From the IMG/VR virus record IMGVR_UViG_3300007539_000015: a stretch of 64,000 bases of DNA; one strand, written 5' to 3'. The notes beneath the pieces are model-generated. The model did no database searches, was not told where the DNA came from, and was given only the letters and a program-made list of their open reading frames with translations. Both the position numbers and the translations under genes were made by a program. This document shows, piece by piece, positions 9,813 to 19,644 of this stretch (its first letter is position 1; each line of letters starts with the position of its first letter). Origin of the DNA: an uncultured virus (IMG/VR IMGVR_UViG_3300007539_000015). Lineage: Duplodnaviria; Heunggongvirae; Uroviricota; Caudoviricetes.

Positions 9813-10814
9813 ATGAATATTTATAGTGTAAACGAATGGGATCCATTGAAAAAGGTTTGTGTTGGAGTCGCTGACTATTGCCGCATTCCCGAGATGGACG
9901 AAAGTCTACGTGTAATTAATTACGCAGACAGGCAGGATGTAAGTGATGTAAAGGCTGGTCTATATCCTGATCAAGTTGTAGAAGAATCAAACGAAGATCT
10001 TGAAACTTTTGTAAAGTTTTTAGAAGGCGAAGGTGTCGAAGTTGTCAGACCTAAGCGCACACCAGAAGTTGAATACTATAACTACTGCCCACGTGATACT
10101 GTATTTGTTCATGGCAACAGAGCTTTTGCTGCTCCAATGGCCCTCGCAGCAAGAGAAACAGAATGGCGACATCTACTGCCTGGTGTTGCTCCTATTGAAA
10201 TAGGACACAGCATAGACAGAACAGGATTGTATGACGAATCCTGTGTCGGAGATCCAGATCGTCTTGCCCTCACTGAAGTAGCACCATGCTTTGACGCTGC
10301 TAACGCAATTAGAGCCAACGACGATATTTTGTATTTGGTAAGCAATAGTGGCAACAAAGCAGGTGCTGCTTATTTAAGCACATGGATAAACAAACCTAAA
10401 AATAATTTTTCTGAGCCAGGCAACATACGTGTTCATCGCCTTGAAGATGTTTACAGTTATATGCACATTGACAGCACCATTGCTTTCTTACGTGAAGGAC
10501 TATTACTTGCTAATCCAAGTAGAATTAAAAGCATGGACGTTTTGCCTGCACCATTCAACACATGGGATGTAATTTGGGCACCAGATCCTGTTGATGCTGG
10601 ACACTATCCTGGACTGTGTAATAGCAGTATATGGACTTGGAATGTAAACTTGTTTAGTGTGAACCCTAATCTTGTTGTGTTAGAAGAACATCAAGAACCA
10701 ACACGTAAAGCATTAGAAGCACATGGTATTGAATGTGCTATGCTACCGCTGCGTCATGCTAGAACACTAGGTGGGTGTTTTCATTGTTGCACATTAGATC
10801 TTGTTAGAGGCTAA
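9813..10814 (+). CDS. Amidinotransferase (glycine / inosamine-phosphate amidinotransferase family)
   Basis: NEWDPLK, YCPRD, FDAAN, MHIDST and C-terminal LGGCFHCCTLD (catalytic Asp/His/Cys pattern). Start at ATG 9813, 4 nt after TAAATA. Confidence 0.88.
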   Translation: MNIYSVNEWDPLKKVCVGVADYCRIPEMDESLRVINYADRQDVSDVKAGLYPDQVVEESNEDLETFVKFLEGEGVEVVRPKRTPEVEYYNYCPRDTVFVHGNRAFAAPMALAARETEWRHLLPGVAPIEIGHSIDRTGLYDESCVGDPDRLALTEVAPCFDAANAIRANDDILYLVSNSGNKAGAAYLSTWINKPKNNFSEPGNIRVHRLEDVYSYMHIDSTIAFLREGLLLANPSRIKSMDVLPAPFNTWDVIWAPDPVDAGHYPGLCNSSIWTWNVNLFSVNPNLVVLEEHQEPTRKALEAHGIECAMLPLRHARTLGGCFHCCTLDLVRG

Positions 10815-11570
10815 TAATTGATCCACAGTTTGTCTGTGAAATTCAACTCCGTCATGCATACAATCTCTAGCCTCCATGCTTCCTGACGTAGGATTAATAT
10901 ATTGCATATCAACACTTAATAAAAAATCTAGTTCTCCTTCCCAAGTAAAGTTTACAACAGGAACTCCTAAACTTTGCCATACTAGATTGAAGCTTTCAAT
11001 ACTTGCAAACACAGATTTTTTAAGTTCTCCTATGTCTTGAATGTATCTTTTGCCCCACCATTTTCCGTCAATTGATCTTGTTCCACTCATATCTTTCCAA
11101 CGAATACTGCCATCATCATCTTCAAATCCAAATTGTTTTCTTGTAATCTGTGGCCACTGTGCTACTACTAATTTTGGCAAGGGTAAATTATTTAACTTCC
11201 ATAAAAGACTGTTAAAATGTAGAACTTCAGGACTACTAGCTTGTTTTCCTATATTGACTAAATCAAGTTGCAACTCATTTGCTAACATACTACACCATAT
11301 ATCTTCAGTGTTTAACCCAACACCCTCTGTATAACTACATCCAGTTGCAAGTAGAAAAGGTTTTGAAATATCATTTATTTCTTGCGTTCGATAACCTAGG
11401 CTGTTAAAATTATATTGAATTGTTTCTTTATGATATTTCCAGTCTTTTGGCATTTTTTTACAATTCTTTTTATATTCGTCTTGATCGTCGGTTGAGAAAA
11501 AATACATGCTTTTACCGTTTGTTTCTCGATCAACTAGCAAAGGACTATTTTTTTGAAAATAGAGGGCCAT
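10794..11570 (-). CDS. SGNH/GDSL-fold protein
   Basis: YNFNSLGYR, ATGCSYTEG, NIG, ARDCMHDG; GGAG RBS upstream. Confidence 0.65.
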   Translation of the reverse strand: MALYFQKNSPLLVDRETNGKSMYFFSTDDQDEYKKNCKKMPKDWKYHKETIQYNFNSLGYRTQEINDISKPFLLATGCSYTEGVGLNTEDIWCSMLANELQLDLVNIGKQASSPEVLHFNSLLWKLNNLPLPKLVVAQWPQITRKQFGFEDDDGSIRWKDMSGTRSIDGKWWGKRYIQDIGELKKSVFASIESFNLVWQSLGVPVVNFTWEGELDFLLSVDMQYINPTSGSMEARDCMHDGVEFHRQTVDQLLASNKI

Positions 11571-11623
11571 AAAAATTACTCCAAATAAATAACTACGTAT
11601 ATTTAAAAAACATCGGAGTCATA

Positions 11624-12976
11624 GTGTCATATAACTGGTTTAATTGTCTTTACTTTAGCCCAAGAAATAAATGCCTACCTGAGCTAATAATGCAAGACGG
11701 TAATAGAGCACCGTTGCGACAAATAAGCAAAATAGAAATGCTGATGGATATTACCAAAGAAAGTTTTGTTGGTAAATTTAAAGAACCATTAATAATCTAC
11801 AATGGCACTCATAATATTCCTAATCTAGATAAACTTTTTATAAGTGATACACACACCAACATTTTGAAAACTCAGCGTGTGCATTTTTTCTTTATGGAAG
11901 TGCTTACACACTATATTCCTAATCCTTGGGGAAAACTAGAACCTCATATTCTTAAAATTGACAACGAGCCTGAAAAATTAAACAAAATTAGATGCTACGA
12001 ACTTGATACATTAAATCAATGGGCTAAAGAAAATGACATAGATTTGTATGTATACTGCACTGATCATAAAAGTTGGGAATATTATCAAAAAATATATCCC
12101 TATATAAAATTAAGAAGCATGGATTTATTTGTAAGTTGGTATAGTAGTAGATTTCAATTACAAGAAGAATATAACAGAAGTGGCATGCTTCCAGGTGATA
12201 TCTATCCAGTTATAGAATATAAAAAAATTAGAAAGAAGTTTTTTAGTGGGTCATGGAGATATGATCCAAGTAGACATTTTATAACAGCATTTCTTGCAAG
12301 CGAAGGATTGACAAAAGATAACGAGATTAGTTTTTATCATAAATCAAGCAACGAAGACATGATTGCAAATATGTGGTTTGATTGGGAAAAGTTTGCAAAT
12401 AAACATCCTGCTATGAGTCAATCACTATTAAAAGGAAATGAATTATTGCAACCACAACTTCCTTTGAGTTTTGAAGTTAAAAATCCTATATCTTGCGATT
12501 TAAAACAAGGCGATCCTGATTACAATACGCCAGGTATGTATAACAGACGTAGAACACAAGATCCATATAAAACCTACGAACGTGTGTTTTGCGCAATCAT
12601 AAACGAAAGTAGAGTTACTCAACCTTGGCCAAATGTCAGCGAAAAGACACTCAATGCAATGAAAAGTTTTAGACCATTTGTTTTAGTAGCAGCACCACAC
12701 ACATTAAAATATTTGAAAGAAATGGGATACAAAACATTCAGTGACTTTTGGCCTGAAGATTATGATGATATCCAATGCACAAGCGACAGATTGGTAGAAG
12801 TTTGTAATACTATAAAATATATAGATTCATTTAGTATAGAAGATTGTAGGAAAATTTACAAAAAATTGATACCAAGGTTGATGCACAATTATAATGTTTT
12901 GCAAAAGAATTATAAATGGTTTGATGAATACAATTTAAAATTAGATTCCCAAAGTTCATTAGCCCAGTATGTATGA
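11624..12976 (+). CDS. Putative glycosyltransferase-like protein (paralogue family A)
   Basis: AIINES ... VSEKTLNAM..FRPFV ... LKEMGYKTFSDFWPEDYD; GTG start with GGAG RBS. Confidence 0.55.
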   Translation: MSYNWFNCLYFSPRNKCLPELIMQDGNRAPLRQISKIEMLMDITKESFVGKFKEPLIIYNGTHNIPNLDKLFISDTHTNILKTQRVHFFFMEVLTHYIPNPWGKLEPHILKIDNEPEKLNKIRCYELDTLNQWAKENDIDLYVYCTDHKSWEYYQKIYPYIKLRSMDLFVSWYSSRFQLQEEYNRSGMLPGDIYPVIEYKKIRKKFFSGSWRYDPSRHFITAFLASEGLTKDNEISFYHKSSNEDMIANMWFDWEKFANKHPAMSQSLLKGNELLQPQLPLSFEVKNPISCDLKQGDPDYNTPGMYNRRRTQDPYKTYERVFCAIINESRVTQPWPNVSEKTLNAMKSFRPFVLVAAPHTLKYLKEMGYKTFSDFWPEDYDDIQCTSDRLVEVCNTIKYIDSFSIEDCRKIYKKLIPRLMHNYNVLQKNYKWFDEYNLKLDSQSSLAQYV

Positions 12977-13665
12977 GCAGGCAATCTATGATGCCAATAC
13001 ATTTGTCCTTCAACACTGTGTCCTTGGTTTAGACAATTTTCAAAAAAGCTGTAATTTTCATCATCCCAATATAAAAAATTTTCTTTGTCAATTTTATCAG
13101 CATAATATTTGTATCTTTTAGAATTTTCACATGCTTGAAAACTATTCCTAAATGTATAACTTAAATTATTTGCTTTGAAAAAACTTTGTAATTCAATTAT
13201 ATTCATATACCTGTTTACTTGCCATTGCACAGGATTAATAAAAAGATGTTTACTTAATGAATCTAAGTTTTTACGTATAGAAACTGGAGCCCAATCAGGA
13301 TAATGTTGAGGATGCAAATGTAATACATTTTTATCAGGTGTATAAGGAATAAACTTGTTTGTGTCACTGTGCTCATCCAAATGATCATAAAAATATTCAG
13401 TGCGTTCAGCACCTGTCCAATTAATAAAAAAATGTGTGGTTTTTGCTTGTTTAGGATTATCTAATATCCAAAGTAATGTTGTTCTTTTGATATAATCATT
13501 GCTGCCGCCAGGCATGGCAATATTTGTATATTTCCAATTAAGTTTTTTTGCTATTTGTGCAGAATAACAATTTTCTCTGTTATAGTTGCCTTCGCCTATA
13601 CCACTGCCTTCAATTTCACTTCCAGCTGTATGACTGCACCCGTTAATAAACAAATGATCAATCAT
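12910..13665 (-). CDS. SGNH/GDSL-fold protein
   Basis: FINGCSHTAG, NIAMPGGSN and C-terminal His (YWHHRLPAH). Confidence 0.62.
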   Translation of the reverse strand: MIDHLFINGCSHTAGSEIEGSGIGEGNYNRENCYSAQIAKKLNWKYTNIAMPGGSNDYIKRTTLLWILDNPKQAKTTHFFINWTGAERTEYFYDHLDEHSDTNKFIPYTPDKNVLHLHPQHYPDWAPVSIRKNLDSLSKHLFINPVQWQVNRYMNIIELQSFFKANNLSYTFRNSFQACENSKRYKYYADKIDKENFLYWDDENYSFFENCLNQGHSVEGQMYWHHRLPAHTYWANELWESNFKLYSSNHL

Positions 13666-14626
13666 TAATAGGTTCCTTTGGAATAATTATATCAGTTCCA
13701 CAATGACAATGTTGTTTACTACATATAACTGGTTGCAAATCAAATGTCAAGTCTTTATCTAATATATTTCCGTGATTATTACCTACGCCACAACTCGCAC
13801 TACTGATATCACCACGTGGATTGATAAAAAGTGCATCATCTACAAAGCATTTCCACCCAGCAAAAAAGTTTTGTCGGGCAGCAATAATTTTATTGCTGTT
13901 TACAGGTTCTATTCCTGTGTCGTAATGTGCATTGCTAATTGCTTTGTTTTGTCTGTGAGGTTTCGAAATAGTTTGCACACTTTCAAATTGTGCTTTTTCT
14001 AAAAACTCTACTTTTGCAGGATCTTTGTATTCCCACGGGCCTGCATTTACACTCATTTCATCAAACAGTGGAGTCCATTCTAAGTTATAGTTTGGCACTT
14101 CTTTGCGCACCCGTTCTCCAAACTCTTTTACTTCCCAAAAGCGTTCTTCGTGCATTAGCATCTTTGTGCAAAGATAATCAACCTTGTCGCATAAAAATTT
14201 TGCATTTTCAATATAACGATCTTTTTTGCTAAACTCTACATGAAAACTTGCAACAATGTCATCAAACAAATGATAATGCTGTTCCCAATAACGTAAAGGC
14301 CTTGATAGGTTTGTGTTTACAGCAACAGTAAGACTATCACCTAATTCTTCTTTCAAGTATTCAGTAAGTGGAATAAAGTTTTCCCAATGAGTAGGTTCTC
14401 CTCCGCTGTAAAATATTTTAAAATACTTATAGCCTCGGTCTTGATATTGTTGAAATATATTTCTTACATTTTCTTTGTAAGTATCAAGAGCTCCATTGTT
14501 GCGATTATCACCTGCCCAGTTTCCTGGATTACAATAACTGCACTGGAAGTTACAAAAGTTATTCACTTGCCACGTAATGGTAGCATAAGGTTCTGACATT
14601 GGTGTGATTTTTAGTAAATTAGACAT
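13658..14626 (-). CDS. Radical SAM protein with C-terminal twitch-like domain
   Basis: CNFQCSYC, SGGEPT, NTN, SFH; FAGWKC...C...CSKQHCHC. Confidence 0.88.
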   Translation of the reverse strand: MSNLLKITPMSEPYATITWQVNNFCNFQCSYCNPGNWAGDNRNNGALDTYKENVRNIFQQYQDRGYKYFKIFYSGGEPTHWENFIPLTEYLKEELGDSLTVAVNTNLSRPLRYWEQHYHLFDDIVASFHVEFSKKDRYIENAKFLCDKVDYLCTKMLMHEERFWEVKEFGERVRKEVPNYNLEWTPLFDEMSVNAGPWEYKDPAKVEFLEKAQFESVQTISKPHRQNKAISNAHYDTGIEPVNSNKIIAARQNFFAGWKCFVDDALFINPRGDISSASCGVGNNHGNILDKDLTFDLQPVICSKQHCHCGTDIIIPKEPIND

Positions 14627-15902
14627 ATGCTCTTAGCCACTCCAACTCTGGAAATGTTGCCCAAAAATCTTCTTTGCGATGTTGATCTAATCCGTGATTT
14701 TTTTCAAAGAATTGCTTTAGTTTTACAGTATCAAGTTTGCCAGTGTTCATAAACTGTATAACACTATCAATTTTTCCTAATACATCTTTTACAACATCAG
14801 GCTTTGTAGCAATACGATCTTTGATTTTATCATATGCCCATGCTTTGTAATCAATATACTTGCTGCGTAATTCTATTTTAAAATCATTGGGTATACTATC
14901 AAGTCTCATAAAGTCAGGATCTGTAAGCATGTTTAATCTACAATTTTCAATGTCTACTAATCCACGTTCTACCCAATTCATATGAAAGTCAGGCCAATTC
15001 CACACGTTATACAAACTTATAGTAGGAGTAAGTTCAAAGTGTATGTTAGGCAATGCTTCAAGCATTTCTTGTCTATTACGCTCTACAGTTTCCCAATGTG
15101 TTCCATGACGCATAAATTCTGCTCTTGCACCCATTGCATCTAAACTTGCACTAACTTGAATATCAGGAAATTCTCTCCAATAATCAATAATACTTTTTTG
15201 CTTGAATCTTAAATTACTGAAGTTTGTGGTATAGCGTAATCTTACATCTGTTTTGCCAGTTTCAATCCAATGATCTAAAATCTTATAGTGTTCGTTTGTA
15301 ATCAGTGGCTCACCACCTGCCCAGTATACTTCTTCAACATCAGGCAAGTATTGCTGCAATTCATCCCAAAAGTTTTTGTGCTTTGCAACATTAACAATAA
15401 TGCTGCCGTTGTTTTTGAGTATGTTTGCAACTTCGTGTTTGCCATATAGTTCACCGTGTTCTTGTGCATGTAAACTGCTTAACTCAGGCCCGCATGTCCT
15501 ACACTTCATATTGCAAATATTGCTGAAACGTATGTCCATGTATGCCATGCGCATTTCGTCAATGCTGCCATCAGCATTTGTTTTTTCTACCAAATCAAAA
15601 TGCTTATCACCAAACCATTGATTGTGATTTTTGCGCAATGTCCAAATGTAAGTGCTGTCTTCAAGTTCGTAGCAACGTCTACAGCAATCCAGTTTCTCAC
15701 CTTTTAACATAGCAAGACGTAGTTCTCGATACTTGTCGCTGTTCCATACTTCTGCAATAGTGTTTTCTTTTACATTGCCAAAAGGTTGATCACTGTCTGC
15801 AATACAGCAAGGCATAGCTCTACCATCAGGCCAGGCGTGCATGTGTATCCAAGGCAGGATACAGAACGCTTTATTCTTTTTTAATAGATGTTCTTTATCC
15901 AT
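14619..15902 (-). CDS. Radical SAM protein with N-terminal SPASM/twitch-like domain
   Basis: FCILPWIH...PCC, CRRC; CNMKCRTC; AGGEP; YTTN; ASLD. Confidence 0.88.
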   Translation of the reverse strand: MDKEHLLKKNKAFCILPWIHMHAWPDGRAMPCCIADSDQPFGNVKENTIAEVWNSDKYRELRLAMLKGEKLDCCRRCYELEDSTYIWTLRKNHNQWFGDKHFDLVEKTNADGSIDEMRMAYMDIRFSNICNMKCRTCGPELSSLHAQEHGELYGKHEVANILKNNGSIIVNVAKHKNFWDELQQYLPDVEEVYWAGGEPLITNEHYKILDHWIETGKTDVRLRYTTNFSNLRFKQKSIIDYWREFPDIQVSASLDAMGARAEFMRHGTHWETVERNRQEMLEALPNIHFELTPTISLYNVWNWPDFHMNWVERGLVDIENCRLNMLTDPDFMRLDSIPNDFKIELRSKYIDYKAWAYDKIKDRIATKPDVVKDVLGKIDSVIQFMNTGKLDTVKLKQFFEKNHGLDQHRKEDFWATFPELEWLRAYV

Positions 15903-17115
15903 TCATCAATCCTGCAAGTTCTGGAAATACTTCAACAAAATTCTCATTGCGAATTTTATCACGTCTATTAGTATTATGTATAAACTCTTTGCCGTGTTCA
16001 TCCCAAGTATGAGCACTGGTTGCAAACCGCATTGCATTTTCTACATGCTGCACACACCAAAACTCATCTCTAATTTGTGTAATTAATTTTAACAATCCTA
16101 GTGTGCCTTTTTCTTTTTCTTCTGGTGGCAGGTTTTGCGCACTGTAAAAACTTGGATTTAACAAATGATAAATGCTGATGTAATCGTGTTTGCGGAGTAA
16201 ATCTTGATCAATCATGTATGTAAAGAAATCACCCAGTGTGACATAATTCAAGTTGCTTAATACACAGTTGAATTGATAATCAATAAAGTCTACATCTCTA
16301 ATTTTGCGTAGATTGTTTTCTACTGTAAACCATTTAGTGCCATTGCGTATGTATTCGGCTTTTTTGCCATAATGGTCCAAACTTGCACTGACTTCTACAC
16401 CTTTGAAATTGCTCCACATATCAAGTATATCATACTTTTTGTATTTAAAGTTGCTCATATTTGTGTTGTAGCGTAATGTTATATCTTTACAGCTACCATT
16501 AGCAATCATTTCTTCAAGTATTGTGTAGTGTTCATCTGTGATCAATGGCTCGCCACCTGCAAAGTATGCAAGTTCAATATTGGGTATTTGTTCAAGAACT
16601 TGATCCAACAACTTGCCGCTTTCGTCAGCATGTTGCACTACACGAAATCCAGGAGGTGGAGCATCATGTTCTTTGTGTTCTTGCCCCCATTTGCTGGAAA
16701 ATTCGCTGCCGCAGGTTCTGCATTTGAAATTGCAAATGTTGCTAAAACGTATGTCATAATAAGCCATTGTAAATTTATCAAGGCTACCGTCTTCGTTTGT
16801 AAAAGGCACTAAATCATCGTATTTGTCAGCAAACTTTTCAATGCTGTATTTTCTAAAACTGTATGGTGAACTTTCTTCATGCTTGTAGCAAAATTCACAG
16901 GCTTCGTTTTTCCTGCCAGCAAGCATATCCAAACGTAATTTTTTCATACGTTCAGTGTTAAATGCTTGCTCCAATGTGGTATCTTTTACATTAGCAAAAG
17001 GTTCAACATAGTCACTGCTACAACAAGGATATACATCTCCTTTTGGCGTCACGTTTAAGTGTAGCCAAGGAAACATACAAAAAGTTTTACTGCTTTTTAG
17101 ATGATCATCTTTCAT
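15895..17115 (-). CDS. Radical SAM protein with N-terminal SPASM/twitch-like domain
   Basis: FCMFPWLH...PCC, CEFC; CNFKCRTC; AGGEP; YNTN; close paralogue of 14619-15902. Confidence 0.88.
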   Translation of the reverse strand: MKDDHLKSSKTFCMFPWLHLNVTPKGDVYPCCSSDYVEPFANVKDTTLEQAFNTERMKKLRLDMLAGRKNEACEFCYKHEESSPYSFRKYSIEKFADKYDDLVPFTNEDGSLDKFTMAYYDIRFSNICNFKCRTCGSEFSSKWGQEHKEHDAPPPGFRVVQHADESGKLLDQVLEQIPNIELAYFAGGEPLITDEHYTILEEMIANGSCKDITLRYNTNMSNFKYKKYDILDMWSNFKGVEVSASLDHYGKKAEYIRNGTKWFTVENNLRKIRDVDFIDYQFNCVLSNLNYVTLGDFFTYMIDQDLLRKHDYISIYHLLNPSFYSAQNLPPEEKEKGTLGLLKLITQIRDEFWCVQHVENAMRFATSAHTWDEHGKEFIHNTNRRDKIRNENFVEVFPELAGLMNG

Positions 17116-18272
17116 ACAGAATCTAATACCTTTACTAATTCTGGATGCAAATATGTTTTATAAGATTGTTGCCTATTTTTATCAAACTGCATGGTTTCTA
17201 TTTTTAATTCACGTATTTTATCTACACTATACTTATTATTATGAATACATGATGCAAGGTAATTATTGAAACTTTGTGTTTGATACCCTAGTCCATTTAT
17301 CAAATCACTGCCTAGCAATAATAAATTATTAGGCAGCCAACAGACATCAATTGCTCGTTCAATTGGAAATACATTTGTAATTACAATGTCTTCAAAGTTA
17401 TATTTTTCTGCCCACTTTACAGTATTTCTAATATCAAGAAAGTTGTATACTGTTGCTACAAAATTGATTTGCGCAGAATAATTGTCAATCTTGTCAAAAA
17501 AGTTTTTGACATTATTTTCTAGTATTTCAAACGAGAAAGGATATCTTGTATATTCATATACTTTACCAACACCGTCTATGCTAAAGGTTGCATTTATTTT
17601 TTTAAATTTATTCAATCTGTATACATTTGCATTTGAAAATTTTGTTGCATTTGTATGCATCTCCAAAGTTATATTTTCAGCATATCCGTTGTCAATACAA
17701 TAATCAAGCAATTCTAAAAACTGGTTTGATAGCAATGGCTCTCCGCCGCTTACTCTAATATTAGTTATGTCTTTTAACACAGGATATAATATTCTAATAT
17801 CATGAGGTTCAATATCAGGTATACTGCTCCACCAATATTTGTATCCATTTTTTTCAAAAAGCTCTGCATCTTTATTGAGTTGATTACTCAACGCAGGGTG
17901 GCACATTCTACAACGTAAATTACATTTATTGCCTAAATGGATGTCAAGCCATTCTAATCTGTTATCAACTGTTGTGTCCAACATAAGTCTTGGACTATTG
18001 CCCATAGTTTTTTCTGCATTATAACAACCTTGGCATGCTTGAGGATATTTTCCTTCCAACATTTCTGTTCGGATATTTTGCAACTGAGGTAGATTGAATA
18101 ATTCTTCTACATTATTGTGTATGTTTTTGTTTGTTTGTAGAGGATCAGGATCAACAGGACTTGCTATATTACAGCATGGATTTACACATTGTATACCGTC
18201 TTGATTCCAATGACTGATTGCAAGTTGCTTAAATGGATAATAACAATAAGAATTATCTTTAGAAGGTTTCAT
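17112..18272 (-). CDS. Radical SAM protein with N-terminal SPASM/twitch-like domain
   Basis: YCYYPF...PCC, CQGC; CNLRCRMC; SGGEP; HTN; SIDG. Likely start is the second ATG (18272), after AAGGAAG. Confidence 0.85.
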   Translation of the reverse strand: MKPSKDNSYCYYPFKQLAISHWNQDGIQCVNPCCNIASPVDPDPLQTNKNIHNNVEELFNLPQLQNIRTEMLEGKYPQACQGCYNAEKTMGNSPRLMLDTTVDNRLEWLDIHLGNKCNLRCRMCHPALSNQLNKDAELFEKNGYKYWWSSIPDIEPHDIRILYPVLKDITNIRVSGGEPLLSNQFLELLDYCIDNGYAENITLEMHTNATKFSNANVYRLNKFKKINATFSIDGVGKVYEYTRYPFSFEILENNVKNFFDKIDNYSAQINFVATVYNFLDIRNTVKWAEKYNFEDIVITNVFPIERAIDVCWLPNNLLLLGSDLINGLGYQTQSFNNYLASCIHNNKYSVDKIRELKIETMQFDKNRQQSYKTYLHPELVKVLDSV

Positions 18273-19644
18273 TGGCTTCCTTACATAATGCAAAGAAGTC
18301 GCTCATTTCAGGAAATGTTTTTTCAAAATCTGTATCACGTCTACGATCATGTTCTTTGAAGAAGTTCCAAAAGTCTTTGCGACCTTCTCTAATTTTGTTC
18401 ACATCGTATCTAGTTGTTTTCATGTAATCAACAACACGTCTAAATTTTTCATATTCCATTTCACTAAAATGTTCTTTACTACCTTCTTTTACATTGTCTT
18501 TGATAAATTGTAAATGGCTTTCCATATAAGGTATATAAGTTTCTTTAGGCAAAATGTTTATATCATATTGCAGTGGCTCTTTTAAATAAGGTGTATCAAA
18601 ATGTATACGTTGCCAACGTCCGCTGTTTACATCATTATACATACGCCTTTGTTCTAATATTTTTTCAAGCAATGTTTGGAATGTTGTGACACTGAACAAA
18701 CTAAATGTAATCATGTATGTCACAGGTGCAGTTGTATTACGCATAAAGTAATCAAAATTGCGCTCAAACACTTTTAAGTCCAATCCATCACGTATATACT
18801 CTGCACGTTCGTTCCATGTATCTAAACTTGTAAACAACTTAAAACTTTTTACTTTATTTTGTGTAAGCAAACTGTTTACACTATCTGTAAATTTTTCCAG
18901 TTGTTTTTCTTTGCCGCCAAAATTACTGTTTACATTTAATTCAAGATGTGGCTTTGGATCTTTTTCAAGTTCATCAAACATCCTATACATGCTTTTTTGC
19001 ATAGTAGGTTCGCCGCCGGTGATACGTAAAATGTTCAATGTTTTGCTAACTTCAGGCCACCATTTCCACCAAGCACGTAAATAAGGGTTTGAATCTTCTT
19101 CATAGATACGGAACCAGTCAATATCACATCTATGATTCTTACTTTGTGAATACGGCCCGTGTTGTCTTATTTCATTGTAGTATCTGCTGCTTGCTTTTGG
19201 ATGACAATATCCGCAACGGAAATTACATTCATTACCAAATGAAATTTCAATATATTCAGGATTTACATTAAAGTCCCACTTGTTAAACTTTACCTCTTTT
19301 AATCTATCTTCGTTGTAAATGCTGCCACTGCGAATATGCCTATCACTGATATAATCATCTCCCATGTTTTCAACATTCCAACAATACTGACAACCAGCAC
19401 ATTGTTTGCCTTCTAACATTTCCTTACGTTCTTGTTTTTTATGTTGTGTATTATGCAATGCACTAGGATTTGTTAACAACTCGTCAATATCAATTTTGTG
19501 AGGTGCTGGATGATAACAACTATGTGTTTCACCTGTTTGCAAGTAGATAGTTGTATGATACCATTTTGCAAAACAAAAAGTCGGCGAAAAATGCCGCTTT
19601 GTGATATCATTGATATATTTTACTCTGTCTGTTTGATTTGACAT
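18259..19644 (-). CDS. Radical SAM protein (N-terminal Cys domain variant)
   Basis: FCFAKW...SCYH, CQYC; CNFRCGYC; TGGEP; TSLD. Confidence 0.85.
   Translation of the reverse strand: MSNQTDRVKYINDITKRHFSPTFCFAKWYHTTIYLQTGETHSCYHPAPHKIDIDELLTNPSALHNTQHKKQERKEMLEGKQCAGCQYCWNVENMGDDYISDRHIRSGSIYNEDRLKEVKFNKWDFNVNPEYIEISFGNECNFRCGYCHPKASSRYYNEIRQHGPYSQSKNHRCDIDWFRIYEEDSNPYLRAWWKWWPEVSKTLNILRITGGEPTMQKSMYRMFDELEKDPKPHLELNVNSNFGGKEKQLEKFTDSVNSLLTQNKVKSFKLFTSLDTWNERAEYIRDGLDLKVFERNFDYFMRNTTAPVTYMITFSLFSVTTFQTLLEKILEQRRMYNDVNSGRWQRIHFDTPYLKEPLQYDINILPKETYIPYMESHLQFIKDNVKEGSKEHFSEMEYEKFRRVVDYMKTTRYDVNKIREGRKDFWNFFKEHDRRRDTDFEKTFPEMSDFFALCKEANETF

Noticed and set aside
692..19644. RiPP (peptide-modifying) interpretation of the radical SAM/SPASM cluster
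   Set aside because: No short precursor-peptide ORF, RRE domain, peptidase or transporter is evident, and the neighbours are sugar enzymes. Modification of structural proteins is not excluded.
692..19644. 7-deazaguanine (QueE/QueC/QueD/FolE/DpdA) DNA-modification pathway
   Set aside because: No QueC-, QueD-, FolE- or DpdA-like genes were recognised in the window, and the amidinotransferase has AGAT/StrB1-type motifs rather than ArcS/QueF-like ones.
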